A stretch of 64,000 nt of DNA. Source: an uncultured Acidobacteriota bacterium (GTDB taxonomy: Bacteria; Acidobacteriota; Vicinamibacteria; Vicinamibacterales; CAVVIG01). The stretch spans positions 2,465,550 through 2,529,549 of the forward strand of contig CAVWRG010000003.1 in assembly GCA_963757355.1 (NCBI GenBank). The letters are read 5' to 3'. Within the stretch, counting starts at the first letter, position 1. Each line of letters starts with the position of its first letter. The notes under the pieces were generated by a model, which saw nothing but the letters and a program-made list of their open reading frames with translations, searched no databases and had not been told where the DNA came from. The translations under genes and the position numbers were made by a program. Positions 38,009 to 51,321 of this stretch are shown piece after piece.

Positions 38009-39037
38009 TCAGTATGGCAGCTCGTTATTTTCGGCCGCGGCGCGTTCGGTGCTGCGTGTCAGGCGTGACGGCGCCCAGGCGGAGCCGCTCTGCCAGCCGG
38101 TGCGCGGGCGGTCGCCCGATGCGTCCGTCGCCGACGGCAAGAGGCGGTTGGCCCACTCCATCACCAGCGCGACACCCTCAGGCATGAGGGCATTGGCGAC
38201 GACCGCGAGCTTCGCCGGCCAGCTGATCACGAGCTCGGCATCGCCGTGGCGGCAGGCGTCGACCACCTGCCCAGCCGCACGCGCGGCGTCGATCGAGGCG
38301 ATGGGCATCGAATCGGAAATCGCAAACCAGGTGAACTCGTCGCGATAACGCCCCTTGAACCACGCGTTGAACGGCGAGCCGGTGCGCATCATGCCCGGGC
38401 AGACGGTCGTCACGTGAATGCCGTCCTTTGCGAGCTCGCTGCGGACTGAGTCGGACAATCCGGTGAGCGCAAACTTGCTCGCGCAGTACGGCGTCAGGTG
38501 CGGCACGCCGATTTTGCCTCCGATCGAAGAGATGTTGACGATCCGTCCGCCGCCGCGCCGGCGCATCTCCGGGATCGCCGTCAGCATCGTGTGCAGCGGC
38601 CCCCAGAAGTGCACCGCCATCGCTTCTTCGAAGTCGCCTCGCTGCATGTGATCGAGCGGGCCGACCTTGATCACGCCCGCGTTGTTGATCAGCACGTCGA
38701 TGCGTCCTGTGCGCGCCACGACGCCGCGGACCAGCTGTGTGGCCTCCTCGCGATCGCCGACGTTGCAGACGACGATCGCCGCCTCGATGCCGCGGCCGGC
38801 GAGATCATCGCGCGCCCGTTGCAGCTCGGCTTCATCACGGGCGGCGAGCGTGACGCGCGCCCCTTCGCGGCCGAACTCGCGAGCGAGCAGCAGCCCGAGC
38901 CCGCGCGAGCCGCCGGTGATCACAACTGAGCAGCCGTCGAACGTCATCGATCGCACGGCGCGAATCTGGCGTGCAATCAGCGCCGCGCCGATCGTCGCGA
39001 CGCCAGCTGCCAGCGCCGTTTGCTGTGTCTTGTTCAT
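38009..39037 (-). CDS. SDR family oxidoreductase with N-terminal membrane anchor
   Basis: ATG at 39037 gives MNKTQQTALAAGVATIGAALIA... followed by VVITGGSRGLGLLLA, NNAG and YCASKFAL. The track ORF extends spuriously to 39829. Confidence 0.85.
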   Translation of the reverse strand: MNKTQQTALAAGVATIGAALIARQIRAVRSMTFDGCSVVITGGSRGLGLLLAREFGREGARVTLAARDEAELQRARDDLAGRGIEAAIVVCNVGDREEATQLVRGVVARTGRIDVLINNAGVIKVGPLDHMQRGDFEEAMAVHFWGPLHTMLTAIPEMRRRGGGRIVNISSIGGKIGVPHLTPYCASKFALTGLSDSVRSELAKDGIHVTTVCPGMMRTGSPFNAWFKGRYRDEFTWFAISDSMPIASIDAARAAGQVVDACRHGDAELVISWPAKLAVVANALMPEGVALVMEWANRLLPSATDASGDRPRTGWQSGSAWAPSRLTRSTERAAAENNELPY

Positions 39038-39160
39038 GCGGCCATCGCCAGCAATCGACGTACCCCAATCTGCCCTCTGAAATCTGTCATCTGAAATTTC
39101 GCGACACGAGCCCTTTCGCCTCTTGTTCTCCCCGCCGCCGGCTGTTAGGATCGAACCCTC

Positions 39161-41797
39161 ATGCCGGACGCTTCGGCACCCACACTGACTGGTCTGGCAG
39201 CCCGCTCCACGCGCGACGGCGCTCTCGACGCCGCCCTCGAGCGGCTGGCGGGTGATCGGCTGCACAGAGACGGGTCTCCGCCCGACGTTCGGAGACCCGT
39301 CCCCCCGGAGACCCGTTCCTCTCTCGACCGACCCGACACGCCCGACCTGCACGTCACCGCAGTCCGCCGCCTCCCGGCCGTTCCCGCGCAGTTCGCACCG
39401 TTTCCAGAGGCGCTCGATCCGCGGCTGCGGCGTGCGCTCGCATCGCGCGGCATCGCGCAGGCCTACACGCATCAGGCCGAAGCGATCGAGCACGCGCTTG
39501 CCGGCCGCCATACCGTCGTCGTCACGCCGACGGCATCCGGCAAGACGCTCTGCTACAACGCGCCGGTCTTGCACGCGATCCTGCAAGATCCAGCGGCGCG
39601 CGCGCTCTATCTGTTTCCGACGAAAGCGCTCGCGCAGGATCAGCTCGCCGAGCTGCAGGCGATGTGCGAAACGCTGTCGGGGCTGCCGTCGGGGACAGGT
39701 CTCGGCGAGGATGAACGAGACCTGTCCCCGATCAGCGTCTTCACCTACGACGGCGACACGCCGCAGGACGCGCGGCGCACGATTCGGGGACGCGCGCATC
39801 TCGTCCTCAGCAATCCGGACATGGTGCACTCAGGCATCCTGCCGCACCACCCGCGATGGGCAAAGCTCTTCGAGAATCTCCGTTACGTGATCATCGACGA
39901 GCTGCACGCCTACCGAGGCGTCTTCGGCAGTCACCTGTGCAACGTGCTGCGGCGGCTGCGCCGCATCTGCCGGCATTACGGATCGAATCCGGTGTTCCTC
40001 TGTTCGTCGGCGACCATCGCGAACCCGCAGGAGCTGGCGGAACGGCTCACCGAGCAGCCATTCGAGTTGGTCGATCAAAGCGGCGCACCGCGCGGCGAGA
40101 AGTTCTTCGTGTTCGTCAACCCGCCGGTGGTGAATCAGCCGCTGGGCATCCGCCGGTCGTATCTGAGTGAGACGCGCCGCATTGCCGCCGAATTCCTGAA
40201 GCGGAATCTGCAGCTGATCGTCTTCGCGCAGAGCCGTCTCGCCACCGAGATTCTGACGACGTACCTGAAGGACGACTTCGAAGGGATGCCTGGCGCACCC
40301 GAGCGGATCCGTGGGTATCGCGGCGGATATCTGCCGAATCGGCGCCGCGAGATCGAAAAGGGCTTGCGGGAAGGTGCGGTGCGCGCGGTGGTCTCGACCA
40401 ACGCGCTCGAGCTCGGCATCGACATCGGTGCGCTCGACGTCAGCGTCATGGCCGGCTACCCGGGGACGATCGCGGGGACGTGGCAGCGCGCCGGGCGCGC
40501 CGGACGCCGCGCCAGCCGATCGGCGGCAGTGATGGTCGCCAGCAGCGCACCGCTCGATCAGTTCGTCGTCCGCAACCCGTCGTACTTCTTCGACGCGTCG
40601 CCCGAGCGCGCGCTGATCGATCCTGACAACCTCCATATCCTGGTCGATCACATCAAGTGCGCCGCCTTCGAGCTGCCGTTCACGACGAGCGAGGCGTTCG
40701 GCCGGCACGACCTCCAGGAGATTCTGTCGCTGCTGGCGGAGCAGGGGCTGGTGCATCGCGCCGGCGGCAGCGCCGACCTCGACGCGCCGGAGGTCGAAAC
40801 GCAGTGGACGTGGACGAACGAATCGTACCCGGCCGACGCGGTCAGCCTGCGGTCGGTGTCCTCAGACAATTTCGTGATTGTCGATACGACAGAGGAGACG
40901 TGCGTCATCGGAGAGACCGATTTCACGAGCGGCCCCGCCACGCTCCATCCCAAAGCGATCTACATCGTCGAAGGGAAGCTGTATCAGGTGGAGAGGCTCG
41001 ATTTCGAAGGACGCAAGGCGTTCGTGCGCGCGATCGAGTGTGACTACTACACGACCGCGATCACGTACACGCGGGTGACGATCCTCGATACGTTTGCGCA
41101 AGGCGCGGAGGAACAGGGGTACGGCCCCTTTTCGGGTGAGTCCGGCGACGAAAAGGGGCCGTACCCCTTTTCCTCGCACGGCGAGGTCCACGTCGTGTCG
41201 CGCGTCGTCGGGTTCAAGAAGATCAAGTTCTATACGAACGAAAATGTCGGATCCGGCGAGCTCGACCTGCCCGAGCAGCAGATGCACACGACCGCGTACT
41301 GGCTGACCATTCCAGCGTCGGTGATGAGGCTGCTGCCGTGCGCCTCGGACGATCGGCGCGACGGCGTCGTTGGCTTGGCGTTCGCGATGCGCCAGGTCGC
41401 GCAGCTGCTGTTGATGTGCGATGGGCACGACATCGGCATCTCAATTTCCGGATTCGGGATTGGGGATGCGGGATTGGGGCCGAAAGCGGGCCAGTCGAAT
41501 CCCGCATCCCCAATCCCCAATCCCGACGGCGTTCAGATCTTTGTGTACGACAATTACCCGGGTGGGATTGGTTTCAGCGAGCCGTTGTTCCGGATGCACG
41601 ATGAGTTGCTCGCCGCGACGCGCCGTCTCATCGCCGAGTGCGAGTGCGAGAGCGGTTGCCCGGGATGCGTCGGCCCCGTCGGCAATACCGGACCGCTCGC
41701 GAAAGTGGTGGCGCTGCGGATTCTCGATCTGTTGACGGGCGCGACGGCGCTCTCCACGCCGGCGCACACGGTCGATCCAGAGGTTCAACCTTTTTGA
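39161..41797 (+). CDS. DEAD/DEAH-box helicase with C-terminal DUF1998 zinc domain (MrfA/YprA-like)
   Basis: Motif I VVVTPTASGKTLCY, motif II IIDELHAY, SAT-like SSATIAN, and QRAGRAGRR. The C-terminus carries CECESGCPGCV. Two repeat insertions lie in frame. Confidence 0.9.
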   Translation: MPDASAPTLTGLAARSTRDGALDAALERLAGDRLHRDGSPPDVRRPVPPETRSSLDRPDTPDLHVTAVRRLPAVPAQFAPFPEALDPRLRRALASRGIAQAYTHQAEAIEHALAGRHTVVVTPTASGKTLCYNAPVLHAILQDPAARALYLFPTKALAQDQLAELQAMCETLSGLPSGTGLGEDERDLSPISVFTYDGDTPQDARRTIRGRAHLVLSNPDMVHSGILPHHPRWAKLFENLRYVIIDELHAYRGVFGSHLCNVLRRLRRICRHYGSNPVFLCSSATIANPQELAERLTEQPFELVDQSGAPRGEKFFVFVNPPVVNQPLGIRRSYLSETRRIAAEFLKRNLQLIVFAQSRLATEILTTYLKDDFEGMPGAPERIRGYRGGYLPNRRREIEKGLREGAVRAVVSTNALELGIDIGALDVSVMAGYPGTIAGTWQRAGRAGRRASRSAAVMVASSAPLDQFVVRNPSYFFDASPERALIDPDNLHILVDHIKCAAFELPFTTSEAFGRHDLQEILSLLAEQGLVHRAGGSADLDAPEVETQWTWTNESYPADAVSLRSVSSDNFVIVDTTEETCVIGETDFTSGPATLHPKAIYIVEGKLYQVERLDFEGRKAFVRAIECDYYTTAITYTRVTILDTFAQGAEEQGYGPFSGESGDEKGPYPFSSHGEVHVVSRVVGFKKIKFYTNENVGSGELDLPEQQMHTTAYWLTIPASVMRLLPCASDDRRDGVVGLAFAMRQVAQLLLMCDGHDIGISISGFGIGDAGLGPKAGQSNPASPIPNPDGVQIFVYDNYPGGIGFSEPLFRMHDELLAATRRLIAECECESGCPGCVGPVGNTGPLAKVVALRILDLLTGATALSTPAHTVDPEVQPF
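41111..41173. repeat. Paired palindromic mini-element inside the helicase CDS (arms GGGGTACGGCCCC then GGGGCCGTACCCC)
   Basis: GAACAGGGGTACGGCCCCTTTTC - 16 nt - GAAAAGGGGCCGTACCCCTTTTCC, 63 nt in all. It is translated as EQGYGPFSGESGDEKGPYPFS. Confidence 0.85.
41448..41525. repeat. Inverted heptamer hairpin (GGGATTS family) inside the helicase CDS
   Basis: A perfect 20-bp inverted repeat, GGGATTGGGGATGCGGGATT (41456-41475) and AATCCCGCATCCCCAATCCC (41498-41517). The 78-nt block stays in frame. Confidence 0.9.
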
Positions 41798-43083
41798 GCG
41801 CGCTCTCCGACCGCCTGCGTGGCATCATCGGCGCGCCGCCGCCTGGCGCCGCGGGGACCGGATCCCAAGTCCCGTGGAGCGGATCCCAAATCCCGGCCGA
41901 ATCCCAAATCCCGATCGAATCCCGAATCCCAAATCCCGAATCCCGAGATCTCTCCTGCCTGGCCGGCGAATGGCGCGGTGGCTGTTTCGTCGTGGAGCGG
42001 CGATACGACCGTGGCGTCTGCTATGGCCACGAGCCCGTCGGGGCGCTCTGGAGCCGCCTGGCAGCAGCCGCAGACGAGGCGCCGCTTGTCGCCGGCGGTG
42101 CGCCGGCGCGGCTGCCGTTCGTGTTCTTCGATTTGGAAACCACCGGTCTGAGCGGCGGCGCCGGCACTCACGCGTTTCTGGTGGGCTGCGCCTCGTTCGA
42201 CGAAGAAGGCGCGTTCGTCACGCGGCAATTCCTGCTCACGCGCTTCACCGACGAGAAGCCGCTGCTCGCCGCGGTGGCCGCCGAGCTCGCCCGGGCGGGC
42301 GCGTTGGTCAGCTTCAACGGCAAGTCGTTCGACGCGCCGGTGCTGGAGACGCGCTACTTGTATCACCGGCTGCCATGGGCCGCAGGGCAGCTGCCGCACA
42401 TGGACGTTCTGCACCCGGCACGGCGCTTCTGGCGCGACGAGCAGGAGATGGCGAGCTGTTCGCTGGTGTCGCTCGAGCGTCAGATCCTCGGGGCGCGCCG
42501 CATCGGCGACGTCCCGGGATTCGAGATTCCTGCGCGTTACTTTCAGTTCATTCGGAGTGGCGAGGCGCGCCCGCTGGCGGCCGTGCTCGAGCACAACCGG
42601 CTCGATTTGTTGTCGCTCGCCGGGCTGACCGCGCGCCTGCTGCATCTCATCCGCCGGGGTCCTGGCGCCGCGAAGGACGCGCGCGAGGCGTTGGCGCTCG
42701 GACGGGTGTACCTGCGTGCCGGGCTCGAGGTGCGCGCGTGCGACGCGTTCCAACAGGCGGCCGACCGATCGAGCGCGCACAGCGCGGTCAGAATCGAGTC
42801 GCTGCGCGCGCTGGCGCTGGCCTGGCGCCGCGCGCGGCAGCACGACCGCGCGGCAGCCTGCTGGAGCGCGCTGCTCGACGCGCCCGCGTGTCCGCGCCAC
42901 GTCGCACGTGAGGCGACCGACGCGCTCGCGATTCATCACGAGCATCGCGTCCGCGATCTCGCCGCGGCGAAAGGCTTTGCATTACGAAGTCTGGAATCCG
43001 GCGTGCATCCCGCCAGTCACGCGGCGGTGAGGCATCGTCTGGCACGGATCGAGCGGAAGATGAGCTCGCGTTTGCTGCTGTAG
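41794..43083 (+). CDS. DEDDh-type 3'-5' exonuclease with TPR-like C-terminus (MrfB/YprB-like)
   Basis: The TTG start overlaps the helicase stop (TTGA) and gives (M)SALSDRLRGII. Exo motifs are FFDLETTGL, FNGKSFDAPVLETRY and LEHNRLDLLSLAGL, with a helical repeat tail. The start is uncertain. Confidence 0.75.
   Translation: MSALSDRLRGIIGAPPPGAAGTGSQVPWSGSQIPAESQIPIESRIPNPESRDLSCLAGEWRGGCFVVERRYDRGVCYGHEPVGALWSRLAAAADEAPLVAGGAPARLPFVFFDLETTGLSGGAGTHAFLVGCASFDEEGAFVTRQFLLTRFTDEKPLLAAVAAELARAGALVSFNGKSFDAPVLETRYLYHRLPWAAGQLPHMDVLHPARRFWRDEQEMASCSLVSLERQILGARRIGDVPGFEIPARYFQFIRSGEARPLAAVLEHNRLDLLSLAGLTARLLHLIRRGPGAAKDAREALALGRVYLRAGLEVRACDAFQQAADRSSAHSAVRIESLRALALAWRRARQHDRAAACWSALLDAPACPRHVAREATDALAIHHEHRVRDLAAAKGFALRSLESGVHPASHAAVRHRLARIERKMSSRLLL
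41860..41946. repeat. One-armed heptamer array (GAATCCC/AAATCCC units) inside the exonuclease CDS
   Basis: GGATCCCAAGTCCC...GGATCCCAAATCCCGGCCGAATCCCAAATCCCGATCGAATCCCGAATCCCAAATCCCGAATCCCGAG, translated as GSQVPWSGSQIPAESQIPIESRIPNPESR. Confidence 0.85.
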
Positions 43084-43198
43084 CCGGGTCCAGAAGGACC
43101 CGGCCTACAATCGGAGGCCGTAGTCGCGTCCAAAGGACCCGCCCTGCAATCGGAGGCCGTAGCCGGATCCCACAGGACCCGGTTTTCAACCGGGCGGC
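43080..43198. repeat. Three tandem ~40-bp REP-like units (GTAG-hairpin-CCTAC)
   Basis: GTAGCCGGGTCCAGAAGGACCCGGCCTACAATCGGAGGCC / GTAGTCGCGTCCAAAGGACCCGCCCTGCAATCGGAGGCC / GTAGCCGGATCCCACAGGACCCGGTTTTCAACCGGGCGGC. The first GTAG contains the exonuclease TAG stop. Confidence 0.85.
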
Positions 43199-43204
43199 TT
43201 GGAT

Positions 43205-43471
43205 CTATCGCGCGGCGGCCGGCTCTTTCTTGACCTTGGTCGCGGCGGCAGCTTTTTTTCGGCTCTCCGACGTCTGCGCGCCGTACTTCTTCGTGAAGCG
43301 CTCGACGCGCCCCTCGGTGTCGAGCAGCTTCTGCTTGCCCGTGAAGAACGGGTGGCAGCTCGAGCAGATTTCGAGGTGAAGCTCCGGCTTCGTCGAGTGG
43401 GTCTTCCACGTGGCGCCGCACGCGCAGCGCGCTTCGACCTCGTGGTATTTCGGGTGGATGCCTTCCTTCAC
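43205..43471 (-). CDS. rpmE: 50S ribosomal protein L31
   Basis: [59 protein letters not shown] is the canonical zinc-binding type, with a Lys/Ala-rich tail. Confidence 0.95.
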   Translation of the reverse strand: MKEGIHPKYHEVEARCACGATWKTHSTKPELHLEICSSCHPFFTGKQKLLDTEGRVERFTKKYGAQTSESRKKAAAATKVKKEPAAAR

Positions 43472-43519
43472 GGCGTACTCCTTGGGCGTTACGAGAATCC
43501 TCGATTATACCATGGTGGT

Positions 43520-43554
43520 GTAGGAGCCGGCCTATGTGCCGGCCCGTACTCTAC
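43520..43554. repeat. REP-like hairpin (GTAGGAGCCGGCC-TATGT-GCCGGCCCGTACTCTAC)
   Basis: GTAG...CTAC termini with a GCCGGC stem. The terminal CTAC supplies the TAG stop of the minus-strand aldo/keto reductase gene. Confidence 0.6.
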
Positions 43555-44555
43555 GGCGTCGCGTTCGGCGCGCGGTCCCACCGATGGCTCCGCAGCGCTT
43601 CCTTCAACCGGGGTGGGAGAGGCGCCGCATCGCTGACGGCCATGTTGCGTTCGACGTGCCCGGTCCGGCGCATACCGGGAATCGTGGTGCTGACGGCCGG
43701 GTTCGCCAGGATGAATCGCAGCGCGATCTCGGCCAGATTCATCCCCTCCGGCACGAGCGGCTCGAGCCGCTCGACACGCGCGAGCGTGGCCGCCAGGTGG
43801 CCGGGGTTGAAATAGACGTTGCGCCAATCGCCTTCCGGCCAGCGTGATTCCGCGGTCAACGTGCCTGTGAGGCTGCCTTCATCGAAGGGCACCCGCGCGA
43901 TGACGGCGATGCCGTGCTGCTGACAATAGGGGAGCAGCGTATCCTCCGCCGACTGATCGAAGATGTTGTAGACCACCTGCACGCTGTCGATCAGGCCGGT
44001 GTCGAGCGCCCGCAGGACGTTTTCCGGCTCCCACCGGTTGACGCTGATCCCGAAACCGCGGATCAGCTTTTCGCGTTTCAGTGTCTCGACCGCCCGCTGC
44101 CAGCCGCGATCCGCGGCCCAGGCGTCGCTCCAGACGTGAAACTGTTGCAGGTCGATCGCCTCCACGCCGAGGTTCGCGAGGCTCTTCTCCGTGTACTCGC
44201 GGATGTGATCGGCGGGATAGGTGTCGCGGACGTCGTATTCCGCCCGCCCCGGCCATTTCATGTTCTTCGGCGGGATCTTGGTGGCGACGACAACGGGCCG
44301 TATCCCTTTTTCGCCGGCATCGCTCGGAAAAGGGGTACGGCCCCTTTTTCGGAGCGCCTGCCCGAGCAGCGTCTCGCTCTTGCCTGCGCCGTAGGCCCAC
44401 GCCGTGTCGAAGAAGGTGCAGCCGAGGGTCAGCGCGCGATCCAGCGCCTGCAGCGACTCCTCATCGTTGGAGCCGGTCCAGCCGCCCATGCCCCACAGGC
44501 CATAGCCGACTTCAGAAACCTGCCAGCCCGCTCGGCCGAATGTCCGGTAGCGCAT
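43551..44555 (-). CDS. Aldo/keto reductase
   Basis: MRYRTFGRAGWQVSEVGYGLWGMGGW...FFDTAWAYGAGKSE...VVATKIPP...IGISV...AIARVPFDEGSLTG. It contains an in-frame repeat insertion. Confidence 0.9.
   Translation of the reverse strand: MRYRTFGRAGWQVSEVGYGLWGMGGWTGSNDEESLQALDRALTLGCTFFDTAWAYGAGKSETLLGQALRKRGRTPFPSDAGEKGIRPVVVATKIPPKNMKWPGRAEYDVRDTYPADHIREYTEKSLANLGVEAIDLQQFHVWSDAWAADRGWQRAVETLKREKLIRGFGISVNRWEPENVLRALDTGLIDSVQVVYNIFDQSAEDTLLPYCQQHGIAVIARVPFDEGSLTGTLTAESRWPEGDWRNVYFNPGHLAATLARVERLEPLVPEGMNLAEIALRFILANPAVSTTIPGMRRTGHVERNMAVSDAAPLPPRLKEALRSHRWDRAPNATP
44291..44350. repeat. Paired palindromic mini-element inside the aldo/keto reductase CDS (one arm degenerate)
   Basis: CAACGGGCCGTATCCCTTTTTC - 14 nt - GAAAAGGGGTACGGCCCCTTTTTC, 60 nt in all. 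It reads on the minus strand as RKRGRTPFPSDAGEKGIRPV. Confidence 0.85.
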
Positions 44556-44561
44556 AGGACT

Positions 44562-44655
44562 CGAGGCTCAACTCGCACGCTGGCGATCAGCGTCGGTCGA
44601 GTGCGTCGCTTCGTTGAGCGTTATTTCGTTGAGCGTTGAGAGTTGCTTGTTGGAA
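44562..44655. repeat. Short heptamer array (CGTTGAG units) with weak inverted partner (CTCAAC)
   Basis: ...TTCGTTGAGCGTTATTTCGTTGAGCGTTGAGAGTTGCTTGTTGG with upstream GGCTCAACTCGC, in the spacer between the rho stop and the reductase start. Confidence 0.45.
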
Positions 44656-44659
44656 AGTG

Positions 44660-46009
<1,350 letters not shown>

Positions 46010-46554
46010 AGTTCGTCCAGTCCTTCGCCCGTGGCGGCCGAGACCGGCACCACGGAAGTCTCAAATACGGATTCGAGTTGCCTCATCGCGCGGATCCGTT
46101 CGCCGCGCGCGAGCTTGTCGATCTTGGTGGCCACCAGCGTGCAGTGATCGACGGTCTGCTGCAGCCAGCGCCAGGCGTCGAGGTCGCTCGGCAGGCCTGG
46201 GTGTCTCGCGTCCACGAGCAGCAGGGCGGCGATCTGCCGGGGCCGCCCAAAGTACGCCCGCGTCAGCTCGTCGAACGCACCTGCTGATTCGGTGCCGCCC
46301 CGCGCGTAGCCGTATCCCGGCAGATCCACGAGGTGGAACGGCCGCGCTGCGCCGCGCTGCACCCGAAAGACGTTGGCCAGCCGCGTCTTGCCCGGCGCCG
46401 CGCTCGTGCGTGCGAGACGCTGGCGAACGAGCGCATTGATCAGGCTCGACTTGCCGACATTCGAGCGGCCGACGAAGGCGATCTCCGGGACGTCGCCGTG
46501 CGGCAGTCCGGGCGCGCCCGCGGCGCTGGTGACGAACGTGGCGTCAATTCTCAC

Positions 46555-46641
46555 GGGATTTGTGATTCGTGATTGGGATTCGGCGGGATTCGTCTCGAAT
46601 CCGACCGGCTGCGAATCCCAAATCCCGAATCCCGAATCCCC
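46555..46641. repeat. Inverted heptamer hairpin, GGGATTC family
   Basis: GGGATTTGTGATTCGTGATTGGGATTCGGCGGGATTCGT | CGAATCCGACCGGCTGCGAATCCCAAATCCCGAATCCCGAATCCC. It fills the spacer between the engB start and the lon stop. Confidence 0.85.
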
Positions 46642-46647
46642 CGAACG

Positions 46648-49047
<2,400 letters not shown>

Positions 49048-49121
49048 ATTTGGTGAGTTGGCAATTTGGTAAATGGGTAAATTGAACTTACCAATTTACC
49101 AACTTATCCATTTACCAATTT
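49048..49121. repeat. Inverted octamer hairpin, TTGGTGAG/TTGGTAAA family
   Basis: ATTTGGTGAGTTGGCAATTTGGTAAATGGGTAAATTG | ACTTACCAATTTACCAACTTATCCATTTACCAATTTC. It spans the whole lon-clpX spacer. Confidence 0.85.
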
Positions 49122-49123
49122 CT

Positions 49124-50371
<1,248 letters not shown>

Positions 50372-50383
50372 GCTGTCTCTCTT

Positions 50384-50429
50384 GTAGCGCGGGACCTGCG
50401 GTCCCGCCCGGCCTAAAGACCTGCGCTAC
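50384..50429. repeat. REP-like hairpin (GTAGCGC-GGGACC-TGC-GGTCCC-...-GCGCTAC)
   Basis: GTAG/CTAC termini enclose a GGGACC/GGTCCC stem, in the clpX-clpP spacer. Confidence 0.6.
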
Positions 50430-50439
50430 AACTGGTTAC

Positions 50440-51051
50440 CTACGCCCTTTTGCGGATGACATCGTCAATAATACCGTATTCCTTGCCCTGATCCGCCGAC
50501 ATGATGTAGTCGCGCTCGGTGTCGTCCTGGATGCGCTTGACCGGTTGTCCGGTGTGATGGACCAGGATCTCGTTGAGCCGCTCCCGCATGCGGAGAATCT
50601 CGCGCGCCGCAATATCAATATCGGTCGCTTGGCCGCCTAAACCAGACATCAACGGCTGATGAATGACAATCCGTGAATTCGGCAGCGAAAATCGCTTTCC
50701 CTTCGCACCAGCCGAGAGCAACACGGCGGCCATCGACGCCGCCTGCCCGATGCAATAGGTCTGCACATCGGGCTTGATGAACTGCATGGTGTCGTAAATG
50801 GCCATCCCGGCGGTAATCGAGCCGCCCGGGCTGTTGATGTAGAGCAGGATGTCCTTGTCGGGGTCTTCCGCCTCCAGGAACAGCATCTGGGCGATGACCA
50901 GGTTGGCAATTCCGTCATCAATCGGCGTGCCGATGAAGATGATGCTGTCCTTCAGCAGACGCGAAAAAATATCGTAGGCCCGTTCACCACGGTTGGTCTG
51001 TTCAACCACCATGGGCACCAGTTGATTCCGGGCGTCAGGCGGATAGTGCAT
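50440..51051 (-). CDS. clpP: ATP-dependent Clp protease proteolytic subunit ClpP
   Basis: ...[27 protein letters not shown]..., catalytic [11 protein letters not shown], and IHQP. ATG 51051 is preferred because GAGGA lies 9 nt upstream. The track start at 51093 is possible. Confidence 0.9.
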   Translation of the reverse strand: MHYPPDARNQLVPMVVEQTNRGERAYDIFSRLLKDSIIFIGTPIDDGIANLVIAQMLFLEAEDPDKDILLYINSPGGSITAGMAIYDTMQFIKPDVQTYCIGQAASMAAVLLSAGAKGKRFSLPNSRIVIHQPLMSGLGGQATDIDIAAREILRMRERLNEILVHHTGQPVKRIQDDTERDYIMSADQGKEYGIIDDVIRKRA

Positions 51052-51321
51052 AGACGATTGTCCTCGGGGCGCCGGCTCGGATGCGGGCCGCACGTCAGAT
51101 CAGTTAGGCCGTCGCGCGAGCGTCCGGCATGTCACACGATGTTGGCTAGGATGGATTTGCCCCGGCAGGGCGAGCACTGCCAGCTATTGTAACACGTGAA
51201 ACGCGCGGAACGCCTCTGGTGCAGATCCGAGCACTTTTACCGGGGACATTCCGCCCGATGATCACGTATCCGTCGGCCTCCGACAAATTTTGTCCGGTGT
51301 CGTCCAGCTGAACCGGATGCC

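Noticed and set aside
39076-39097. Direct repeat TCTGAAAT-N6-TCTGAAAT upstream of the helicase as an SOS/LexA-type operator.
   Set aside because: It is not palindromic, it has no match to a LexA motif that I know, and it is a single occurrence. The evidence is insufficient.
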